A DNA stretch of 36,129 nt from Oscillospiraceae bacterium (GTDB taxonomy: Bacteria > Bacillota > Clostridia > Oscillospirales > Ruminococcaceae). The position numbers were made by a program, and so were the translations under genes. This document shows, piece by piece, positions 1 through 6,898 of this stretch. Each line of letters begins with the position of its first letter. Positions within the stretch are counted from its first letter, which is position 1. Location: positions 1-36,129 of the forward strand of contig JAEDOB010000001.1 of the NCBI GenBank assembly GCA_016302225.1, read 5' to 3'. The notes beneath the pieces were generated by a model. The model made no database searches. It was not told the origin of the DNA and worked only from the letters and a program-made list of their open reading frames with translations.

Positions 1-1740
1 GAAGCGCTTGCTTCAATTGCCGCTGTGTCAAAGGTCGAAATATACACAAAGCCTGCTGCGGACGAGTACGGAACGCACTATGTAATAGAAGGCACCGAAG
101 AAAAGCTTTGCGAAAAGGCGGGCTGTGCCGACGGTACAACAATAGTTGTCAGAGATATTTTCTACAATGTTCCCGCACGTCTGAAATTTCTGAAAAAGGA
201 CGTTTCCGAGGGAAATTCCATTGCGAATATTATTGAGAAAATTGCTCTGTCACACCCCGATATTTCCTTTAAATTTATTCGTGACGGCAAGGCGGAATTT
301 TACACGTCGGGGGACGGTGATATTTTTTCCACCGTTTACACTGTTTTCGGGAAACAGCTTGCCGCTGCAATGCTACCCGTTGATTACGAGCTGAACGGTA
401 TCCACGTTGCGGGATTTACCATAAAGCCGCTATTCGGACGGGCAAAGCGTTCCTTTCAGAATTTCTTCATCAACGGCAGATATGTTCGTTCTTTTACATG
501 TACAAAAGCACTTGAGGACGCTTACACCAATTCAATTATGGAGGGAAAATTCCCTGCCTGTGTGCTGATGATAAATGTTCCGCCCGATGTTGTTGATGTG
601 AATGTCCACCCTGCGAAAATTGAAGTGAGATTTTCAAACGATGATGTCATCTATAACACTCTTTATTTTGCCATAAAAAGTGCGCTGCTGGCGGGAAGTG
701 TTCCGTCGGAGATGAGCATTCCGTCACGGCCGAAGATAGATTACACGGTCTATCCGCAGAAGCCGACTCCTCCGCCCGAGCAGTATCGTTTCGCCGAACC
801 GGAGAAGCCCGCCGAGCCTCTTAAGGCAGTAAAGGTGTCGGTCAGCGTTCCGACGGAAGTTGTTCCCGAAATACGTCCTGCTGCCGAACCTGCTCCTGTT
901 GAAGTGATACCCGAAAAGGCGGCTGAAAAACCTGCCGAACCGATCATCGAAAAGAATGAAGCTGCATCGGAAGTATGCGAACCTCCTGTTGAAATTCCGG
1001 TTCCGAGCGAGGAAACAAAGCCGATTGCCGAGGATAAGCCTATTGAAGAACCAAAAGAAGAAACACCTTCCGCTGCGGCGGAGGAACCTGTTTCGGGCTT
1101 CAAATATATAAATTCCGGTTCGCTTAAAAAGAAATCGGAGCCTGTCCTTGAAATACAGCAGAAGGAAGAAAAAACGGTCAGACTTATCGGTGAAGCGTTT
1201 AAGACATATGTTATTGCAGAGTGCGGCGATGAGGTCGTATTCATAGACAAGCATGCTGCTCATGAGCGTATTCTTTTTGAGAATATCAAGGCAAGAAAGC
1301 AGCCGCTTAATTCGCAGATGCTGCTTGTCCCTATAGAGATAATGCTGGAATATTCCGAATATGATGCGCTTGAAGAAAACAGTGCGCTTATCTCTGAGCT
1401 GGGATTTGAGATAGGATTTGTGAAGGCTCCCCTTGTCAGCATCAAGGGAATTCCCGCAATTCTGGACGGCTGCGAGGCTGAGGGACTTGTTCAGGAGCTG
1501 GCTCGAAATCTTCTGGAGCACAAACATAATCCAATGCCCGAAATTCTTGATGATATGTATCACACCTTTGCGTGCAAAGCGGCAATTAAAGCGCATGATA
1601 CAAATTCGCCTAAAGAGCTGATGTGGCTGGTGAAGGAAGTGCTGTCGAGAGATGAGATAAGGTACTGTCCCCACGGCAGACCTGTCATGTTCAAGCTTAC
1701 CAAATACGATTTTGACAAGCAGTTTAAGAGGATTGTCTGA
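1..1740 (+). CDS. mutL: DNA mismatch repair protein MutL, 5'-truncated by the window edge
   Basis: Frame 1 is open from base 1 (EALASIAAVSKVEIYTKP...), so the ORF-track GTG at 25 is internal. There is a long Pro/Glu/Lys-rich linker (about nt 745-1095). The C-terminal domain carries DKHAAHERILFE (nt 1246-1281, a variant of the DQHA(X)2E(X)4E endonuclease motif), ACKAAIKA and CPHGRP. Stop is TGA 1738-1740. Confidence 0.92.
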   Translation, partial: EALASIAAVSKVEIYTKPAADEYGTHYVIEGTEEKLCEKAGCADGTTIVVRDIFYNVPARLKFLKKDVSEGNSIANIIEKIALSHPDISFKFIRDGKAEFYTSGDGDIFSTVYTVFGKQLAAAMLPVDYELNGIHVAGFTIKPLFGRAKRSFQNFFINGRYVRSFTCTKALEDAYTNSIMEGKFPACVLMINVPPDVVDVNVHPAKIEVRFSNDDVIYNTLYFAIKSALLAGSVPSEMSIPSRPKIDYTVYPQKPTPPPEQYRFAEPEKPAEPLKAVKVSVSVPTEVVPEIRPAAEPAPVEVIPEKAAEKPAEPIIEKNEAASEVCEPPVEIPVPSEETKPIAEDKPIEEPKEETPSAAAEEPVSGFKYINSGSLKKKSEPVLEIQQKEEKTVRLIGEAFKTYVIAECGDEVVFIDKHAAHERILFENIKARKQPLNSQMLLVPIEIMLEYSEYDALEENSALISELGFEIGFVKAPLVSIKGIPAILDGCEAEGLVQELARNLLEHKHNPMPEILDDMYHTFACKAAIKAHDTNSPKELMWLVKEVLSRDEIRYCPHGRPVMFKLTKYDFDKQFKRIV

Positions 1741-1750
1741 AAGGAATGCT

Positions 1751-2707
1751 ATGTCGGATAAAGATAAAAAAATACCCGTTCTTGTTATTGTCGGACCTAC
1801 CGCTTCGGGAAAGACCGCTCTCGGTGTTGAGCTTTGCAGGGAGCTGAACGGTGAGGTCGTTTCCGCGGATTCCATGCAGGTCTACAAAGGCATGGATATT
1901 GCAACGGCAAAGCCCACTGCCGATGAAACTATGGGCGTGCCCCATCACCTCATAAGTGTTGTGGAGCCTGAGTGTGAATTCAGCGTTGCGGATTATGTAA
2001 AGCTTGCTTCTGCTGCTATAATGGATATTCACAGCAGGGGAAGGCTGCCTGTTTTGGTAGGCGGTACGGGACTTTATGTTAATTCGCTTATGGACAATAT
2101 TTCCTTTGACAGTGCCCAAACCGATGGAAATGTCCGCAGACGGCTTACCGAAGAATCCGAAAGGCTTGGCAGAGAAGCTATGCTTGAACGCCTGAGAAAT
2201 ATCGATCCCGACACGGCTGCGGAGCTGCACCCGAACAATATCACAAGAATTATCCGTGCACTTGAAATTTATGAGCTTACGGGTATGAAATTCAGCGAAT
2301 ATAAAGCAGTCAGCCGTTCGGTGGAATCGCCGTACAAGCCGTGTTTTATCGGGCTTACCTATAATGACAGAGGCTTGCTGTATGACAGGATAAACAAGCG
2401 TGTTGACATTATGGCGGAAAACGGGCTTGTGGAGGAGGCACGTAAGGTCTGGGAAAACAGTCACGGTCTTAAAACTGCCCATCAGGCTATCGGATACAAA
2501 GAGCTTAGCCCGTACTTTGAGGGTACCAAAACCCTTGAGGAATGCCTTGATTTTCTGAAAATGCAGACTCGGAGATACGCAAAACGTCAGCTGACCTGGT
2601 TTCGCAGAGATGACAGAATTAATTGGATAGAAATAGACAAAGTATTAAATAAAAGAAAACTTATTATGGATTGCTTAAATATAGTAGAAAAATCTGAAAT
2701 TATATGA
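1751..2707 (+). CDS. miaA: tRNA dimethylallyltransferase MiaA
   Basis: ATG 1751 is preferred over ORF-track 1712, which would overlap mutL. P-loop VGPTASGKT and DSMQVYKGMDIATAKP are present. The gene order is the classic mutL-miaA-hfq. Confidence 0.93.
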   Translation: MSDKDKKIPVLVIVGPTASGKTALGVELCRELNGEVVSADSMQVYKGMDIATAKPTADETMGVPHHLISVVEPECEFSVADYVKLASAAIMDIHSRGRLPVLVGGTGLYVNSLMDNISFDSAQTDGNVRRRLTEESERLGREAMLERLRNIDPDTAAELHPNNITRIIRALEIYELTGMKFSEYKAVSRSVESPYKPCFIGLTYNDRGLLYDRINKRVDIMAENGLVEEARKVWENSHGLKTAHQAIGYKELSPYFEGTKTLEECLDFLKMQTRRYAKRQLTWFRRDDRINWIEIDKVLNKRKLIMDCLNIVEKSEII

Positions 2708-2713
2708 TATAAT
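2685..2713 (+). promoter_or_regulatory. Possible sigma-A type promoter for hfq overlapping the miaA 3' end
   Basis: Extended -10 TGaTATAAT at 2705-2713 and a weak -35-like TAGAAA at 2685-2690 (17-nt spacer). A second TATAAT lies at 2720-2725. Sequence pattern only. Confidence 0.3.
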
Positions 2714-2781
2714 AACATTTATAATGGCTTTAGCTATTATGATACGATTTATCGTGAAAATACAGGAAGGAAGATTCACTT

Positions 2782-3018
2782 ATGAATAAAGGCTTAAATC
2801 TTCAGGACGCTTTTCTTAATCAAGCCAGGAAGGATAAGATCCCTGTAACCATATTCCTTACAAATGGCTATCAGTTTAAGGGAATGGTCAAGGGGTTTGA
2901 CAGCTATATCGTCATTCTTGACTGTGACGGAAAACAGAATCTTGTTTTCAAGCATGCAATTTCTACTATCATTCCATATAAGACTATATCAATTCTTGAC
3001 GCAGATCAGGACAAGTAA
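2782..3018 (+). CDS. hfq: RNA chaperone Hfq
   Basis: 78 aa with an Sm-like core: [27 protein letters not shown] ... [12 protein letters not shown]-like aggaagg lies upstream. Confidence 0.92.
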   Translation: MNKGLNLQDAFLNQARKDKIPVTIFLTNGYQFKGMVKGFDSYIVILDCDGKQNLVFKHAISTIIPYKTISILDADQDK

Positions 3019-3032
3019 GAAAGGCAGAAATT

Positions 3033-4319
3033 ATGAATTCTGTAATGATGCGAATTCTTATTTTCCTGCTTTCGGTTTTTGTTCTCATAACGGTTTTCAG
3101 TCAGATCTATCTTAAATTTGACGACAAATACGAAACAGTTACCGCACACACCTATTCATCTGCGGAAAAGGCTGTTTTCAAGGGCGTCTTTATACGAGAT
3201 GAAACTCCCGTACCGTACAGCGGACGAGGTGTTATCAGCTATAAAAGCCCCGACGGCAGCAAGTTTGCAAAAAACTCTGTCATTGCCGAGGTTTACAACA
3301 ACGAAAGCGAAATTTCCGTAAATCAGCAGATAAAGGAGCTGACAGCTGAGAGAGATCTGCTTCTGGAGGTGCAAAATCCCGGAACGGTCGCTCTTGCCGA
3401 GCCTGATTTTCTTTCAAAGCAGATAGATGAAAAATACCGCACCATAACCTCGCTTATTGCAAAAAAGCGTTATGATGAGGTGGAGGAGGAGCGCAACGAG
3501 CTGCTGAAGCTTATGTGCATACTTCAGCTTGCAGTTGAAAACGAAACGGATTATAATGAGCGTATCAATGCTCTGGAAACTAAAATATCCGCTTTGGAGG
3601 CAAGGCAGGCAACTCCCTTTGAAAGCATTTCGGTAACAGATCCGGGATATTTCGTCAGCTATACCGATGGCTATGAGTCGGAGCTTACTCCCGAAAGAAT
3701 GGATATTCTGACTGCAGATGACATTGAGCGGATAATCTCCGATACAGAGGAGCATAAAAGCGACGGTTATATCGGAAAGATGATCGACGGATATAAGTGG
3801 TATATGGCAGGCGTTATTGACAACTCCGAGGGCAGCTTTACCGAAGGCGGAAACGTTACTTTGAAGCTAAGCTCTTCCTCTGTACCGTTTAATGCGGTCA
3901 TTGAGAGGATAACTGCGGGAAATGATCCCAAAAAATCTGTGGTCATAATTTCCTGTGAAAATCTGACCTTTGATGTTGTTCAGCACCGTGTTGAGCGTGC
4001 AGAAATGGTTTTGAATGATTTCTACGGCTTAAAGGTGCCTGCCGAGGCTATCCGCTTTAATCGTGAGAACGAAAAGGGCGTTTATGTAAAGCTGGGACAG
4101 AAGATCACGTTCAAGAAAATAGATGTTGTTTTTACGGGAGATGATTATGTCCTTTCCCGCATTACGCAGGACAGCAGCTATCTTGCGGTTTATGAGGATA
4201 TTATTGTTGAGGGAGTGAATACAAATGAGTTCCTTGAAACCGAAGACGATATCAACGGAACTGTCGGAGGAAAATCCGAATCCGTGCAGTCCGAAAGCGG
4301 AACAACCGCAGCTACCTGA
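3033..4319 (+). CDS. Membrane-anchored coiled-coil protein, HlyD/membrane-fusion-like architecture (function unknown)
   Basis: 428 aa with an N-terminal hydrophobic anchor (ILIFLLSVFVLITVF), heptad-rich segments (QQIKELTAERDLLLE, NERINALETKISALEARQ), a beta-rich C-terminal half and a Ser/Thr/Glu-rich tail. The resemblance to HlyD-family adaptors is recalled, not computed. Confidence 0.6.
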   Translation: MNSVMMRILIFLLSVFVLITVFSQIYLKFDDKYETVTAHTYSSAEKAVFKGVFIRDETPVPYSGRGVISYKSPDGSKFAKNSVIAEVYNNESEISVNQQIKELTAERDLLLEVQNPGTVALAEPDFLSKQIDEKYRTITSLIAKKRYDEVEEERNELLKLMCILQLAVENETDYNERINALETKISALEARQATPFESISVTDPGYFVSYTDGYESELTPERMDILTADDIERIISDTEEHKSDGYIGKMIDGYKWYMAGVIDNSEGSFTEGGNVTLKLSSSSVPFNAVIERITAGNDPKKSVVIISCENLTFDVVQHRVERAEMVLNDFYGLKVPAEAIRFNRENEKGVYVKLGQKITFKKIDVVFTGDDYVLSRITQDSSYLAVYEDIIVEGVNTNEFLETEDDINGTVGGKSESVQSESGTTAAT

Positions 4320-5013
4320 GGTTCCGCCGGAGCGCCGCAGGGAGATAACCGAAAACATTAAGCGCATACGATATGAAGTCGGTGAAGCGATTGCAAAATA
4401 TCGAAGCCCCGACGATGATATACGAATTATGGCGGTAACAAAAACCGTGCCTCCTCAGGACGTGAATATCGCCATAGGTGAGGGGCTGACGCTTCTCGGC
4501 GAAAATCGTGTCCAGGAGTATCTTGGCAAGAAGGAGCTTTACGCAGTCCCCCATGAGCTGCATATTATCGGCAGTCTGCAAAGCAATAAGGTAAAGTACA
4601 TTGCTGCTGATGCGGATATGATCGAGTCGGTGGACAGCTTGAAGCTTGCAGGTGAGATCAATCGTCAATGTCAAAAAATCGGTCGGGTAATGCCTGTATT
4701 GTGTGAAGTAAACATTGGCGGTGAGGAGTCCAAGGGCGGCATAGCTCCCGAAAATCTTTATGATTTTCTGCATAATATTTCAATATTTGGAAATATTGCT
4801 GTGAAAGGATTAATGACCATACCGCCTAGGGGCGATTCCGAAAAATTTTTTTACAAAATGCAGGAACTTTTTATTGACATTCAGAGCAAAAACATAGATA
4901 ATATAAGTATGTCGGTTTTATCCATGGGTATGTCACAGGACTATGCCTTGGGTATAAAATACGGCTCAAATATTGTAAGAATAGGAACAAAGCTCTTCGG
5001 AGCAAGAATATAA
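4225..5013 (+). CDS. yggS: YggS/YlmE-family pyridoxal-phosphate homeostasis protein
   Basis: Motifs: IMAVTKTV (PLP lysine context), GENRVQE, HIIGSLQSNK, LSMGMSQDY, RIGTKLFG. ATG 4225 has a gagggag SD about 9 nt upstream and is the only ATG/GTG/TTG upstream of the conserved core, which gives a 95-nt overlap with the previous CDS. Confidence 0.85.
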   Translation: MSSLKPKTISTELSEENPNPCSPKAEQPQLPEVPPERRREITENIKRIRYEVGEAIAKYRSPDDDIRIMAVTKTVPPQDVNIAIGEGLTLLGENRVQEYLGKKELYAVPHELHIIGSLQSNKVKYIAADADMIESVDSLKLAGEINRQCQKIGRVMPVLCEVNIGGEESKGGIAPENLYDFLHNISIFGNIAVKGLMTIPPRGDSEKFFYKMQELFIDIQSKNIDNISMSVLSMGMSQDYALGIKYGSNIVRIGTKLFGARI

Positions 5014-5031
5014 TTGTGGAGGAATTAAGAA

Positions 5032-5487
5032 ATGGGATTTATGGACACTATCAGACAGGCTCTTGCAATCGGTGATGACGGCGGAGATGATTACGACAGA
5101 GATGATTATGGTCGAGATGCAGACGAGGTTGACAGCAGACATGACCGCAGAGGTGATCGCTACAATGACCCAAAGGGTGACCGTGTTATTAAGGTTTCTG
5201 CAACTGCTCAGCTTCAGGTCATTCTTGTTAAGCCAGAGAAGTATTCTGATACAAAGCAGATCGCCGATCACCTGAATGAGAAGAAAACTGTCGTACTTAA
5301 TCTGGAGTCGACTACTCCCGATGTTACAAGAAGAATTATCGACTTTTTGGGCGGTGTTGCTTATGCCAACGGCGGAAATATCAAGCCTGTTGCAAACAAT
5401 ACCTTCATAATCACACCCTATAATGTAGGCTTTGTCGGTGAGGATCTGGTAGGCGAGCTTGAAAATAACGGAGTATTTATCGGCTGA
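5032..5487 (+). CDS. sepF: Cell division protein SepF
   Basis: 151 aa with an Asp/Arg-rich linker, then a conserved SepF C-domain (VILVKPEKYSDTKQIADHLNEKKTVVLNLE ... IIDFLGGVAYANGGNI ... TFIITP). SD ggagg is present. Confidence 0.9.
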   Translation: MGFMDTIRQALAIGDDGGDDYDRDDYGRDADEVDSRHDRRGDRYNDPKGDRVIKVSATAQLQVILVKPEKYSDTKQIADHLNEKKTVVLNLESTTPDVTRRIIDFLGGVAYANGGNIKPVANNTFIITPYNVGFVGEDLVGELENNGVFIG

Positions 5488-6260
5488 TGAAGATTCCGTC
5501 AGGGCTGCTTTCTGCTTTGACGCAGGAGGATACGCTGTTTGTCAAGCATATACTGGATCTGTATGAACTGTCGGAGAAGCGAGCGATGCCCGTGTTTTCG
5601 GCATTTATGGATATGGGAAGGCGTGCTGTCTGTGAGGACGTTTTGTCTGCGCTGAAGCTGAACGGCTGTTTTTACGGCGGTTTTGAAGATGCGGAAAGGA
5701 CTGTTCTGGGCTTTTATCCAGATTTTCTCGAACCTGAATTTTCGGATTTTCCTATAAAATGCGTGAAATTCTCATTCAGAAAAGCGGACAAGCTTTCTCA
5801 CCGTGATATTCTCGGTTCTTTGATGGCTATGCAGATAAAACGGGAAATGGTTGGCGATATTATTATTTCCGAGGGCTGCGCCGAGGCTATGGTTTACGAT
5901 ACCATCGCTCCCGAAGCCGAAAGTATATGCAAAATTGGACGAGTAGGAGTGTCTGCATCAATGATCGATGCCCCCGATATAATGCCTGAAAGGAATTTCC
6001 GTATTATCAGCGGAACGGTGCCGTCTATGAGGATAGACTGCATTGCCGCTCTTGCTATGAATGTCAGCAGGGAAAAGGCTTCTGCGGCACTCAGATCGGA
6101 GAAAATTATGCTCAATTACCGTTCGGTTTCCGATAACGATAAAGCTGTGTCCGAGGGAGATATTCTGTCTGTTCGAGGATACGGAAAATTCAGGATCGGA
6201 AAGATCGGCGGAGAAACCAAAAAAGGCAGGATATATTTAACCATAGAAAAATATGAGTAG
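5487..6260 (+). CDS. ylmH: YlmH-like S4-domain RNA-binding protein
   Basis: The ATG overlaps the sepF stop (TGATG). A C-terminal S4-like segment is present (RIDCIAALAMNVSREKASAALRSEKIMLNYR). The gene sits between sepF and divIVA, as in the Firmicute ylm cluster. Confidence 0.75.
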   Translation: MKIPSGLLSALTQEDTLFVKHILDLYELSEKRAMPVFSAFMDMGRRAVCEDVLSALKLNGCFYGGFEDAERTVLGFYPDFLEPEFSDFPIKCVKFSFRKADKLSHRDILGSLMAMQIKREMVGDIIISEGCAEAMVYDTIAPEAESICKIGRVGVSASMIDAPDIMPERNFRIISGTVPSMRIDCIAALAMNVSREKASAALRSEKIMLNYRSVSDNDKAVSEGDILSVRGYGKFRIGKIGGETKKGRIYLTIEKYE

Positions 6261-6293
6261 GCTCAATGCCTGCAACAGAAAGGATGCGTCATT

Positions 6294-6845
6294 ATGATAA
6301 ACGCAAAGGACGTTACCGCTAAGCAGTTTGATAAGGCGACTTTTGGCTATAAGCCCGAGGACGTTGACGATTTTCTCAGAGAGGTAGCTATGACTATTTC
6401 CCAGCTTCAGAAGGATAAGGAAGAAACCGAAAAGAAGATGGAAGTGCTGGTGGATAAGGTAAGAGAGTACAAGAATGATGAAGAAGCTCTCAAGGCCGCT
6501 CTTATCGGTGCTCAGAAGCAGGGAAAGCTTGTTATTGCTGAGGCTGAAGAAACTGCAAAGAAGATAATTGCCGATGCAAATTATGAGGCTGACAGAATTA
6601 TCGGTTCCACAAGAATTGATATTGTTAAGGAAAAGGAATGTCTTGAAAAGATGAAGCAGGAGGTTTCCGATTTCAAGTCAAATCTTCTGGATATGTACAG
6701 AGAGCATCTGGCTATGCTCACAAAAATTCCCGATTTTGATACAGAAGATGAAGAAGATGAAGAAGAGGAAGAAGAGGCTGCCGTTGACGAGGAAGCTACA
6801 AGAGTTATCGAAACTCCCGCAGCCGATGGTTCTTCTTTTAACTAA
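6294..6845 (+). CDS. divIVA: DivIVA-domain cell division/polarity protein
   Basis: N-terminal DivIVA signature (DVTAKQFDKATFGYKPEDVDDFL), a coiled-coil body and a poly-acidic tail (DTEDEEDEEEEEEA). Confidence 0.88.
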   Translation: MINAKDVTAKQFDKATFGYKPEDVDDFLREVAMTISQLQKDKEETEKKMEVLVDKVREYKNDEEALKAALIGAQKQGKLVIAEAEETAKKIIADANYEADRIIGSTRIDIVKEKECLEKMKQEVSDFKSNLLDMYREHLAMLTKIPDFDTEDEEDEEEEEEAAVDEEATRVIETPAADGSSFN

Positions 6846-6898
6846 TATATATTTTTGTTTATTTTCGGACCGAACGGTCTTTAAGGAGAGTTAGTGAA

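Noticed and set aside
724-1875. A 383-aa ORF antisense to mutL/miaA. Similar long antisense ORFs lie at 12844-13710, 24063-24740, 25982-26803, 30235-30906, 31137-31934 and 32361-33239.
   Set aside because: All lie opposite confidently identified housekeeping CDSs. Their products are Arg/Phe/Cys/Leu-rich with no motifs, which is typical of frame-shadow ORFs produced by codon bias.
6748-6780. GAA/GAT-rich tract. Similar acidic or Pro-rich repetitive stretches occur in sepF, mutL, the DnaD-like gene and the recombinase tail. All were considered as tandem repeats or contingency loci.
   Set aside because: They are in-frame low-complexity linkers or tails, imperfect at the nucleotide level, and not unit-repeat microsatellites.
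6846-6898. Expected T-box leader upstream of ileS
   Set aside because: The divIVA-ileS spacer is only 53 nt and contains no specifier-loop or T-box (GGTGGTACCGCG-like) sequence, so ileS appears to be read through from divIVA.
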